This document shows positions 1 through 10,822 of a stretch of 52,512 bases of DNA, piece after piece. The translations under genes were made by a program, and so were the position numbers. The number at the start of each line of letters is the position of its first letter. The first letter of the stretch is position 1. The notes beneath the pieces were generated by a model. The model had not been told where the DNA came from and did not search any database. It was given only the letters and a program-made list of their open reading frames with translations. Origin of the DNA: Nemertoderma westbladi (lineage: Eukaryota > Animalia > Xenacoelomorpha); NCBI GenBank assembly GCA_032718475.1, contig JAUCBJ010007046.1, forward strand, positions 1 to 52,512, read 5' to 3'.

Positions 1-377
1 TTTGTTTTTTGAATTATTAACAAAACTTATCAACTCTTCTCTTCTTCAACAGCTCAATTCACTGACCGAAGACCGCTGAAGAAATAAAACGACTGAACGG
101 CACTCGCACTGAAAATAAAATTCACTATCCCAATGCAACAATGACACACCGACCGACTGACACTCACATATTACTTGACTACAGCAATTATACTGCCTGA
201 CAGACTAATGATGTAATGCAAAACACCACGGTACTGTATTAATAGGCCTACAGCTACTGTACAGACACCCTGTTGACTTGACAATAATCAACTGGACCAA
301 TCAGGAAACAGTTTTCGCGTACGCGTATGTGAAATCGCTCAATGTAATGTGTAGATACGTACGGCATACGTTGAAAA

Positions 378-542
378 TTAAAACCCGAAATAATTTAACC
401 TTCTAGCTAGTGTGCGAATACTCCAAGAGTACTGTTGGAATTCTTGTTCAACAAACTGTACAATTTCTGCGCGTTTGAAATTGCGCTTAACGAGTATACA
501 CAAACGTTCGTAGGATTCTTCATTTTCTTACCATTTATCCAT
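378..542 (-). pseudogene. Decayed N-terminal (HTH) fragment of an IS3EU-type transposase
   Basis: Manual translation from ATG at 542: MDKW*ENEESYERLCILVKRNFKRAEIVQFVEQEFQQYSWSIRTLARRLNYFGF*. This matches the 'W.E......L...V..N.KR.EI..F....F..Y.WS.RTL.RRL..F' pattern I recall for this family. Two stops; no catalytic domain follows. Confidence 0.55.
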
Positions 543-634
543 AAAAGATTCTGCACAATACGGAAGCCCATAGCGGTCATCATTTCACACACACAATGTG
601 TGTCGCAACTGTGCTTTACATTTACATTTTGGAG

Positions 635-1112
635 TGTGTGTGCGTGTCATTGTGTGTGTGTGCGTGTCATGTATGTGTGTGCGTGTCATGATATGTGTGT
701 GCGTGTCATGATATGTGTGTGCGTGTCATGATATGTGTGTGCGTGTCATGATATGTGTGTGCGTGTCATGATATGTGTGTGCGTGTCATGATGTGTGTGT
801 GCGTGTCATGATATGTGTGTGCGTGTCATGATATGTGTGTGCGTGTCATGATATGTGTGTGCGTGTCATGATATGTGTGTGCGTGTCATGATATGTGTGT
901 GCGTGTCATGATATGTGTGTGCGTGTCATGATATGTGTGTGCGTGTCATGATATGTGTGTGCGTGTCATGATATGTGTGTGCGTGTCATGATATGTGTGT
1001 GCGTGTCATGATATGTGTGTGCGTGTCATGATATGTGTGTGTGTGTCATTGTGGGTGTGTGTGCGTGTCATGATATGTGTGTGGGTGTCATGATATGTGT
1101 GTGCGTGTCATG
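635..1112 (+). repeat. 20-bp minisatellite inside left TIR (GTGTGTGCGTGTCATGATAT)n
   Basis: About 24 tandem units, mostly identical. Confidence 0.95.
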
Positions 1113-1353
1113 ATGATTGTCATGCCCCGTAATGGTCAAAATAAAAAGGCGGGAAATTCAATCAAATATTTTCAACTGACTGGTAGAATCTAAATTCTGT
1201 ACCGGTAGGTAATCACTACACGCAGAGGCCCGTACTGCAGTACTGTCTTACTATTGTAGGCAGGTAGGCTACCAGTAGTAATTACTGAAGTACAGTAGCA
1301 GTTGACCTGTCTGAACTAAGGATCAACATCAGCGGCCACTCTTCCATATCAAT

Positions 1354-2502
1354 ATGACGCCTTGTTGGATGTTAAATATTATTAGTGTTTGCTTCAGTAT
1401 AAACTTATCAAATGGCGAAACTTGCCGTATTTTAGGTCGCCTTGGAGTAAACGTGAGCGATAAAACATTGCGGCGAAGACAAGCTGATCTGGGACTTAAA
1501 AGGAAGGGGTCATTCAATGGTTTCTCTGATGAGTTAATACGGGAGATTTTAAAAACTCTAAATGGTGTTGGATCCAGTTGGGGTTACCGCCACTTATGGC
1601 ACCATCTACGCCTGAAGGGCTACGTGGTTCCGCGGAGAGAAGTGGAGTGTCTATTACGTTGTATAGACCCTGAAGCAAGCGAACTCCGAAAACGCCACAA
1701 ACTTCAACGCCGCCGGTACCGCACTCTAGGACCCAATGCGGTTTGGCATAGCGATGGCTATGATAAACTCAAACCATTTGGATTTCCCATCCATGCATGC
1801 GTCGATGGTTGGTCGCGGTTTGTTGTCTGGTTGGAGCTAACTAGAACCAATAATGAGCCCCATGTCATTTGTGACTTCTACCTCGATGCAGTAAAAACAT
1901 TCGGTAGTCCTATTCGTCTAGAAACAGACAGGGGCACGGAGAATGGAGTCATGGCGGCAGCCCAGTCGTACTTTCACGGTTCTATTAACGCACATCGTTA
2001 TGTTAAATCGTGTCACAACCAACGCGTGGAATGTTGGTGGGCTCATTTACGTAAACAGTGGTCTAATTTTTGGATTGCTTTCTTTAGAGATATTATTGAA
2101 CAAGGCTTATATAATCCCATTGATGAACTACAGAAAGATTTAATTTGGTTTACTTTTTCCCCGTTACTACGTAGCCAACTTAAAGACATCTTAATGCACT
2201 GGAACAGTCACCCGATTAGAAGAAGTCGACACGACACCATCAGCGGTAAACCTTTAATCAACTTTCTGAACCCGGAGATTCAGGGAGGATTACCGAACCT
2301 TTCTAAGTGTATAGAAGGTGATGCCTGGAACGAAGTAGATGATTACGTCCAGAACCATAGACCACCGATCGACATAGAAAGTGACATATTGGGTTATTGT
2401 AACTATATTCGACAGACATTAGGGTGGAGCGAAACACCACGGAACACAGAGGAAGCCCTAAATCGCTATTGCGTTTTACGGAGACATTTTGAGATAGTTT
2501 AA
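1354..2502 (+). CDS. DDE transposase (integrase-core fold, IS3EU type), 382 aa
   Basis: N-terminal HTH-like region and WGYR motif; catalytic motifs WHSDGYDKLKPFGFPIHACVDGWSR, RLETDRGTENG and HNQRVECWW; C-terminal HWNSHPIR. ORF is uninterrupted. Confidence 0.9.
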   Translation: MTPCWMLNIISVCFSINLSNGETCRILGRLGVNVSDKTLRRRQADLGLKRKGSFNGFSDELIREILKTLNGVGSSWGYRHLWHHLRLKGYVVPRREVECLLRCIDPEASELRKRHKLQRRRYRTLGPNAVWHSDGYDKLKPFGFPIHACVDGWSRFVVWLELTRTNNEPHVICDFYLDAVKTFGSPIRLETDRGTENGVMAAAQSYFHGSINAHRYVKSCHNQRVECWWAHLRKQWSNFWIAFFRDIIEQGLYNPIDELQKDLIWFTFSPLLRSQLKDILMHWNSHPIRRSRHDTISGKPLINFLNPEIQGGLPNLSKCIEGDAWNEVDDYVQNHRPPIDIESDILGYCNYIRQTLGWSETPRNTEEALNRYCVLRRHFEIV

Positions 2503-3319
2503 ATTCTGCTACTGTAGTTTTCATTTTCTTAATACCGCATATATAATTATGTTTTTGTATAACAATAACTTGAGCTTTTATTACCAAGCTTTTTAAAGCC
2601 AGCTTTTTAGTAAGTATACTGTTACTGTAGTAGTTTGGGGTCTGGGGCAGATATCCCAGCGGTGCGCAATGCAATGCGCGTGATAGGCCTAGTGAAAGCG
2701 CGCTACCTATTTACAATGCACTAATGGTGGGTCGCTAGTACATGTTGGTTGATTCCCCCAGAAAAACTGTAAAACACCCCCCCCCCCCCCCCCCATTAAA
2801 GATTACAGATTCACAAAATCTGCTATTATGTAAAATGAAAATATTATTTATTATAAAATACTGGGGGAAAATGTAGAACTTTTTTCACTATTCTCGAGGT
2901 ATGTATTTTATTAAATTGGCACCTTTTCCACGTAAATCTTAGGTAAAAAGAAAGAACGAAATATACCCCTAGTGTTACAAAATAAATTTTATTTACTTGT
3001 GTGGAATTAATTGTGTGTTAAATAATTGAATGTTCTGGAATATTTAATTTAAGAAGAGAGCAGCTCAACTACAAACCAATATTGGATATTGACATCCGTT
3101 TTGAAGTACTTTGCCACTAAAGTTGCAATAACTTTTGAGTATATGCATGGATTTTGCTCAAATTGCGTGCAAACCTTTTCTACTTAGATTCTCTTTCGAT
3201 TCATGTAATAAAATTTAAGAAATTATTTTAAGAAAAAATTAACAATTTAAGAATAAAAGCTTTTACGGCCCTCGTTTTGTTATTAAGTAAGTACAACTAC
3301 AACAAGTAAGTTTTATTAA

Positions 3320-3496
3320 CCCTATTAGTACCGGGCTAAAAAATGTTGTACACATACCGGGGGGGGGGGGGGGGGTCATATTGACCCCCCCCCCCCCCCC
3401 CCTCTAAAATCTACAAATATTTACGAAAACGTCTGATTTTTTGTTTGTACGTAGGTATCACTTGTCTGGATCCGACCCCCCCCGGGTTTAATAGGG
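3320..3496. mobile_element. piggyBac-like MITE nested in the IS3EU element
   Basis: TTAA at 3316-3319 and 3497-3500. Imperfect TIRs CCCTATTAGTACCGGG / CCCGGGTTTAATAGGG. Internal G-run/C-run palindrome. Confidence 0.7.
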
Positions 3497-3600
3497 TTAA
3501 GTAAAATTAACAGACACAACGTTTTAATTACATTTTCTAAACTAATAAAACTCGTAACATAATGAAATAAATTCACATATTCCTAAGCGAATAATTCAGG

Positions 3601-5724
3601 TCAGATTAAACCGAAGGACTGACCACTTTCAACAATAGAGTTTATTAAAATCGAGTTGAATTCTTCCTTGGTTGAATAATGGAGTGGCACGACTAGTTCA
3701 GTTGCACAAGTCGAATAGGTAAGTCGACACTTACAGGACGGTTCACAATGTTTAAATCGTATTGAGAGTTTAGGCAAACTAATTGGGCGGCTCGAACCAA
3801 AGAACCAACACATAAAAGCGTCTAAGCCTAAGCGCACACCTTCGCTGCTTGTTAAACACTTTTTACAAGATAATTCATCGACCAGTTCTCCAAGCCAAAA
3901 CAATATATTCTCCTCCTTGGCTAAGTTGTTGGAGCCATTTTCAGATAGGGTAGTGACTGCCGAATCAAAAAAATCTACAAGGTTGACTTTTGGGCAGCAA
4001 CTAAGAAATTTAAATAATACTTTACGATTTGAAACTTCGTTCAACAGTTGAACTTTTAGACAGTCAATGGCAGATTTATTGCTCAGGACAATTTTAACAT
4101 TTATGTAATTCAATAGGAAGTTTTCTTTCTTATTATTATCATCACTGTCCTGGGGAGGTATCAAACCAAGGTTAAAGCTGTCATCTATGATTTCATCTGT
4201 AAGAACACCATTACACTGAAAGTCCTTAAAAGAGCTATCAACAAAGATATCATTGAAATCGTTGATGAACAAACTGCGAATGTCGAATGAATCAAAACAT
4301 ATATACGCACTAACGAGTGGGTGTAACATACCAAATGTTTGTTCACCATGCAAAAACGACATAATAAGTAGTTTCGCTAGAATATCAAAAGACCCATTCA
4401 CAACGTTGGTCATATTAGCACATGAGGGAACGAGAAAGTCATTGTAAGAAAAGAAGAATGAGCTGGTTCGAAGACACTGGAAAACGGATCCAAAAAAATC
4501 ACGGCGTAGACCGCCTTGATCTTCGCCGCATTCACCAACGAATTTCACCTTCATGTGTCTGTGAATATCGATGTCACGCAGCTTGTTAAATGTATCGGTT
4601 AGTAAATGGCGCCTTCGTAAACGAATGTAATTAAACTCCTCATTGTCGCCCCAATAGTCGTACTTAACACTTGCATCATTAAAAAAATTAAGATCCTCGA
4701 CACTTACATTGAACAAGTTGCAATCAAATACAACAGTTGTTGTTGATAAATCAAGTTCCTCTCTGGAGCTTGGTATATGTTCAATAAAGTCGTCGTCGTC
4801 AACGTCATCTTCACTACCCAGAAAGGAAATCTCATTTGGATGAATGATTATGACATCTGGCGATGTATTCGACTGACATTGTTGAGGTTCCGATTCTGTA
4901 GTATGTACTGGGTCAGGTTCGAGAGTTTCAATTGCAGTAAATTCCACGCTCCCACCGGTGGTTTCTTCTACATCACTATCAACAGCGCATAGCTGATAAT
5001 CACTAATAGTACAGAGAAAAAATGTTAATCGCCTATAATCTTTACACATTTCCTCTTTATAATTTCGCAAGATGAAGTTATCTCCACTCAATGGAAGTTT
5101 TAAAGCGGGCTTCTTATCAACGTACAATAATACAATTTGACTGTCTAGCACAGCTACATCAAACACATCACTAAAGAGTCGCCTATACCTTGGAACAGCC
5201 AGTGCATGTAAACTTTCATAGTCTGCATCTTTGTCCACTGTAACAGTAGTAGTTTTACGCCAGACAGGTTTTAAAGAATCCGTCTTCGAACTATACACAC
5301 AAGCGCCAATATTAACAGTGGCTGAGCTCGCTTTTTCTTCACGACCGGTACCGGTATTTTTTAAATTCTGCTTAAGTTTTTTTTGCCTAGGCCTACCGCT
5401 ACCGGTAGTTGAAATATTTCCAGTTGATTCATCAGCATCATTACCGGTACCGGTACTTACTTGTAAATGACCACGTTTTTTCGCAATTAAAAATTCCGAA
5501 AATGACAACAGTTGACTAATATGAGAACTATTATTGGAACTGCTGGTACCGGTAGTAGGCCTTATATTATCTTCCGCATCACTCGCTGGTGTATCTGTAT
5601 GAGAACGAATTCCGTTGCCCTGTACCGGTTGACCGCCAACCGGTATTCGAACATTATGTCCACAATTATGACAAAACTTTGAAGCTTCAACAAGTTCACC
5701 TGCGCAATTACTACAAAACATCAT
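3601..5724 (-). CDS. Zinc-ribbon + HECT-domain E3 ubiquitin ligase-like protein (transposon ORF2), 707 aa
   Basis: N-terminal CSNC-x10-CHNC and an acidic linker. HECT N-lobe motif MKVKFVGECGEDQGGLRRDFF. C-lobe LTYSTCATELVVPLHYSTKEEF keeps the candidate catalytic Cys, and the protein ends in FGLI (the -4 Phe typical of HECT). Intronless. Confidence 0.85.
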   Translation of the reverse strand: MMFCSNCAGELVEASKFCHNCGHNVRIPVGGQPVQGNGIRSHTDTPASDAEDNIRPTTGTSSSNNSSHISQLLSFSEFLIAKKRGHLQVSTGTGNDADESTGNISTTGSGRPRQKKLKQNLKNTGTGREEKASSATVNIGACVYSSKTDSLKPVWRKTTTVTVDKDADYESLHALAVPRYRRLFSDVFDVAVLDSQIVLLYVDKKPALKLPLSGDNFILRNYKEEMCKDYRRLTFFLCTISDYQLCAVDSDVEETTGGSVEFTAIETLEPDPVHTTESEPQQCQSNTSPDVIIIHPNEISFLGSEDDVDDDDFIEHIPSSREELDLSTTTVVFDCNLFNVSVEDLNFFNDASVKYDYWGDNEEFNYIRLRRRHLLTDTFNKLRDIDIHRHMKVKFVGECGEDQGGLRRDFFGSVFQCLRTSSFFFSYNDFLVPSCANMTNVVNGSFDILAKLLIMSFLHGEQTFGMLHPLVSAYICFDSFDIRSLFINDFNDIFVDSSFKDFQCNGVLTDEIIDDSFNLGLIPPQDSDDNNKKENFLLNYINVKIVLSNKSAIDCLKVQLLNEVSNRKVLFKFLSCCPKVNLVDFFDSAVTTLSENGSNNLAKEENILFWLGELVDELSCKKCLTSSEGVRLGLDAFMCWFFGSSRPISLPKLSIRFKHCEPSCKCRLTYSTCATELVVPLHYSTKEEFNSILINSIVESGQSFGLI

Positions 5725-5934
5725 GTGTCCTGTCAGCCTGTTAATTGGCCCATTGCTGAGCTATGATTTAGTTTAGACTACAACAGTGCCGGTACACAAC
5801 CGGAAGCCTACTGCCCTGATGATTTCTTACAGAATTTCAGCAGGGCCTTCATATGAAGGCCCTGATTTCAGCAATCAGTAATTGATTGAATTTCCCGCCT
5901 TTTTATTTCGACCATTACAGGGCATTAAAATCAT

Positions 5935-6355
5935 CATGACACGCACACACATATCATGACACTCACACACATATCATGACACGCACACACACACAATGAC
6001 ACGCACACACATATCATGACACGCACACACATATCATGACACGCACACACATATCATGACACGCACACACATATCATGACACGCACACACATACAATGAC
6101 ACGCACACATATATCATGACACGCACACACATATCATGACACGCTCACACATACTCATGACACGCACACACATATCATGACACGCACACACACACTCATG
6201 ACACGCACACACACACAATGACACGCACACACGTATCATGACACGCACACACATATCATGACACACTCACACATATCATGACACGCACACACATATCATG
6301 ACACGCATACACATATCATGACACGCACACACACACAATGACACGCACACACACT
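5935..6355 (-). repeat. 20-bp minisatellite inside right TIR
   Basis: Reverse complement of the left array, about 21 units, more heterogeneous. Confidence 0.95.
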
Positions 6356-6429
6356 CCAAAATGTAAATGTAAAGCACAGTTGCGACACACATTGTGTGTG
6401 TGAAATGATGACCGCTATGGGCTTCCGTA

Positions 6430-6545
6430 GCATTTATATGGATGCAATCCAACCTCCATAGCAGCCATCTCCACTTTATTTAGTAGAAGCTGTGCATCTG
6501 CTAGCGTATTAGAGTACAGGGTGATGTCATCCACTAAGTCAGTGT
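6430..6545 (-). pseudogene. Degraded RTE-type LINE reverse transcriptase fragment
   Basis: Minus-strand translation TDLVDDITLYSNTLADAQLLLNKVEMAAMEVGLH resembles the RTE 'FADDIALLS....AQ.LL..VE..A..VGL.IN' segment. Truncated at the IS3EU right TIR. Confidence 0.6.
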
Positions 6546-8544
6546 GAATGTAGTTGATGGATATCTACTACTTCTGCATTCTTGCGAAAGTGCCCACTAT
6601 CTGTCTCAGAATGGGTGGAGTATTACTCTTAGCAATGGCAGTAATTTGTTCGAAGGAACATTCATCCTATAGCTAAACAAGACAGAGTAGAGAATGCAGA
6701 GATGCACAGCGCAGGATGCAGAGAATCATAGTCAATTACCTTGGCTTGGTTGTATTGGTTGACCATATTTGTCTGACTGATTACTGCTGTACTTGTATAT
6801 TATACTTAAAGATTAACCTATGTAAATATTTGTTTGTGATATATATGGAGAATAGCAGACCCATTAATATTAGTATTACCGAACTGATTGTTATTTGCAT
6901 CAATTGAGGTAAACTTTGGGGGTCACTTAGCATTCTGTTTCAAACCAAGCTGTATATTAGTTTGTAGCCCGACACGTACGAGCCTAGAATCTTCGTTATT
7001 CATGAACAAAATTGTCTCAAGTCAGCATTTTATATACAACCATGTATTACAGCCAGAGTTAACATTCCATATCCCTAAAGGACATGCCGACTACGATCAT
7101 TCTTAGTTTTATGTTGTAATTGCCGTCAGACATAGACATTTTCATATCTGGAGCACGACATCCCAAATGGAACTGCTAATACATACCCTGTACGCCCATA
7201 TTGCTGTTAGGAATTATATTGTGAGAATCTGTCGTCTGATGCACATGCGGCCTATTTTATCCTGCCAATATTTATTAGACTCCCTTTGGGTCCTACGCCG
7301 CAATAGTTTGATTAATATTTTGATGTTATAAGACCAGAAAAATTAAAGTTAGAATTCTGTGATAAATAAAATTGTTTGTTAGAAAACTGGGGAAGTTACA
7401 AAAGCATGAACACCCGCTTGCAGTAAATGAACTAGTTAGTTCACTTATTAGCTTACCATTACTAGTAAATGTTTCTTCCAGCCAATATTTAAATAAATAA
7501 TTAAAAAATTAATAATTACGTATCCCAATACCTCCAGGGATGGTGGATGGGGCGGCCGAGGAACAGGATGGCGGGGTAGGTGGCGCAGGAGAAGGGGCCC
7601 ATACTTTACTCAGGTCCCGCCACAAACCCCCACCAGGGTCACAAAGGGGAAACAGCTCAAACAAATAACAACAACAGAACCACAAGAAACATCAACAGCC
7701 TGGGGGGTCTGTGCATATGCTAGATCAACAGCCCGGGGGGTCTGCGCCAATGCTAGATAAACAGACCGGCGCGTCTGCGCGTGACTGACAGCCCGGTTCC
7801 GAGATTCGCGTTGATGATACGTAGTAGGCATATTGCAGAAGGACAGCCATTTATAATTCTGTAGTTAGAGTGCCTATACGGTATTGTTCTGTGATTACCG
7901 TCAGTTGTTGGTATTTTGTTGGTGTATCGTGTATATATAATATTGTAAAATACCGGTACTATAGTTCAATTTATTTTGTAACTCTATATCACTGTGATTT
8001 ATTCAAGAATTGAGCAACAAAAAGTCGCAATTTAAAAATAAAATAACGTATTACATAACTATTACATGGGGAAAAAAACGTTAAACGTTTTTTTTCACAT
8101 ATTCTCTGGGTAATTTACCAAGAGAATAATTTGCCGAAAGTAATAATTTAATGATAAATTAATATTATAGCATATTATATATACTAAATAAAAAAAAGCG
8201 AATAGCGGGATGTCGTAAATTAATTCTATATCCACTTGAGTATTGTTACCTACATATGTTAGTGTAGGTAACATATGCTAGTATTTAAACTACCTACCTA
8301 CATATTGTAGTGAGCGCGATTCTCGCATTAGCGCGACTCACATCATTTCAACGTAATATATTCAGATATTACAGTCAGGAACATGTACTATGTTGACACC
8401 AGGACAGCTGGTGTGGCACCGGTAGGTACATATATAAAACCAGTAAACGGTAGTATGAGTGTAATATGAAGACTGACACGGACAGCAGTTTGTTGTCCGT
8501 CGAAAGTGAAAGTATCTCACGGTTCGATATCTGTTACCGCTACA

Positions 8545-10050
8545 CTACTGAGCGGCCGCCACTTCCCATCGGACCACTGCTCGAGGGCCGCGCCGACTGC
8601 GGAGTTGGAGGCGTTGGTGGTGATGGAGGTTGGGGCGTCGTGGCGGGGGTGGACGAGCATGGTGGCATCCGCGAGGGCCCGCTTGGAGGACTCGAAAGCA
8701 GCGGTGAGTTCGGGAGTCCAGTCGACGTCCTTAACCTTGGTGGTGACGGCGGCATAAAGGGGCTGCATGGTGGCAGCAGCTGCGGGAATAAATCGGTGGT
8801 AAAACGTTACCATACCAATAAATTCCCGCAACCCTTTAGTGGTGGTTGGACGAGGGAAGGAGCGGACGGCTTCCACTTTGTCCGGGAGCGGATGGACTCC
8901 GGACTCGTTGATGATGTGTCCGAGGAACTGGATCTCCGCCACCCCAAACTCGCACTTCGCCAGGTTGACGACGAGGCCGTTGTCCTGGAGTCGTTGGAAG
9001 AGTTGGCGGAGGTGGACGAGGTGTTCCTCGGGGGTCGCGCTTGCGATGAGAATGTCGTCCAGGTACGCGAAGAGGAAGTCCAACCCAGCGCAGACGGAGT
9101 CCATCAGGCGTTGGAAGGCCTGGGCGGCGTTCTTGAGGCCGAACAGCATCCGGACAAACTCGAAGAGTCCGAACGGAGTGATAACGGCGGTCTTGGGAAC
9201 GTCGCCGGGGGCCATGGGGATCTGGTGGTAGCCCGCACCAGGTCGACCTTAGAGAAGATCGTGGCCCCGGCGAGACGCGCCGAGAAGTCCTGGATGTGCG
9301 GGACTGGGTAGCGATCGGGGGTCGTGGCGTCGTTGAGGAGACGGTAGTCCCCGCAGGGGCGCCAACCCCCGGCCGGCTTGGGCGCCATATGGAGGGGAGA
9401 CGACCAGGGACTATTCGAACGGCGAATAATCCCCATCTCCTCCATCTTGCTGAACTCCGCCCGCGCGATCTCGAGTTTATCCGGCGGGAGTCGTCGAGCG
9501 CGGGCATGGACGGGGCGACCGGCGGTCGGGATATAATGCTCCACGCCGTGGCGAGTAGACGAGTCCGAGAAGGTGGGCGTCGTGATGGAGGAGAACTCCG
9601 CCAGGAGGTCGGCGTAGACTTGATCTATGGCCGTCGACGCGAGTTGAGGGTGGGTTCCTGGGATGGCGGAGGAGGAGCAACGGAGGGGGATCGGCTGGAA
9701 GGTTTCCATGTCGATGAGTTGCTGCCCCTTGACGTCCACCATCAGGGCGTGGTCGCAGAGGAAGTCCACCCCTAGCAACGGCTGGGGGACGTCCGCGATC
9801 ACGAAGTCCCAGTTGAACTGGCGGCCATTGAACCGCAGAGGAACTCCGCGGGTTCCGTAGGAACGGATCGGTGATCCGTTGACGGCGCGGAGCGGCGGTC
9901 CTTTACGACCGGAACGGGTGTCGAATCCGCTGGTGGGAAACACGCTCACCTGGGCGCTGGTGTCCACGAGGAAGTGGCGGCCGGAGTTTTGGTCCCAGAG
10001 GTAGAGGAGGTTGTCCTGCTGGTGGTAGCGACCAGTTGACGCAGTGGCTA
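8545..10050 (-). pseudogene. pol remnant: protease, RT, start of RNase H (frameshifted, no integrase)
   Basis: Protease FLVDTSAQVS; RT WSSPLHM, CGDYRLLN, FGLKNA, YLDD; one frameshift near 9235. RNase H start TNASNSAVGAALEQ...WRPL runs directly into the LTR. Confidence 0.88.
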
Positions 10051-10767
10051 GCGTCGGCTGGTCGGAGCGTTTCCCGGGAAGCTGCATGCTGACCGGCACT
10101 GCTTGGCGGCACTACCAAACTGGGCGTGGTAGTAGCACAACCCTCGGTGTCGGGTCGAGCAGTACCGGATGAGTTCGTGGTCACCTTCGTGGGTTGCGGC
10201 GTGGAGGAGTTCTTCGTCGGTAGTGAGTTCGTCACCCGGTTTAATCCGGCTGGTTGGGAGACTCCCTGCTGTTTGGCCAGCCACAGAACGTCGGCGGTGG
10301 CAGCCAGGGCGCGGGGATCCGCGAAAGAGTTGTTGGAGACCTGGAGCCGGATGTCCTCGGGGAGCTGCTCCAGAAAGAGCTGCTCGAACAGCAGACACGG
10401 AGTATGGCCGGCGAGGAGCCCCAACATCTCGTCCATCAACTGGGACGGCTTGCGGTCGGTCGCCCAGCCCGCGCATCCGCAGCAGCTTCGCGGCGCGCTC
10501 GCGTCGACTCAAGGCGAAAGTTCCGAGGAGTCGAGCCTTGAGTGATTCGTATTTCCCTTTGGAAGTCGGGGTGGTGAGGATGTCCAGTAGACGGGCGGTG
10601 GTGGGTTGATCCAGAGCGGCGACAACGTAGAAATATTTAGTAGTGTCGTCGACGATCCTCCGGATGCTAAACTGGGCCTCCACCTGGGCAAACCATACCG
10701 ACGGGTTTTCGGCCCAGAAGTGTGGCAGTTTAACTCCAACCGCGTTGACATTTGCCTCGTTAGCCAT
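10048..10767 (-). pseudogene. gag (CsRn1-type), frameshifted
   Basis: VKLPHFWAENPSVWFAQVEAQF start; middle part (LFLEQLPEDIR) lies in another frame; C-terminal CYYHAQFGSAAKQCRSAC (Cx2Hx9Cx3C). Confidence 0.85.
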
Positions 10768-10809
10768 TATGTATAAACAGATGTTATTGACGCAAACCCG
10801 TTTGCGTCA

Positions 10810-10822
10810 GTCTGGGTCACCA
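10810..10822 (-). promoter_or_regulatory. Primer binding site, tRNA-Trp-like
   Basis: Minus strand reads TGGTGACCCAGAC just inside the 5' LTR. The tRNA-Trp complement is TGGTGACCCCGAC (one mismatch). Confidence 0.8.

Larger units (their letters stand above)
559..6429 (+). mobile_element. IS3EU-like DNA transposon with long TIRs and two convergent ORFs
   Basis: Termini TACGGAAGCCCATAG (559) ... CTATGGGCTTCCGTA (6429) are perfect inverted repeats with TAY..RTA ends. Inverted homology extends over about 559-1165 and 5882-6429. Contains a DDE transposase (+) and a HECT ORF (-). No matching TSD (gcacaa vs gcattt). Confidence 0.85.

Noticed and set aside
435-731. 98-aa Cys/Val-rich ORF
   Set aside because: Read-through of the TIR minisatellite.
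8466-10609. Many long + strand ORFs
   Set aside because: Antisense shadows of GC-rich Gypsy gag-pol.
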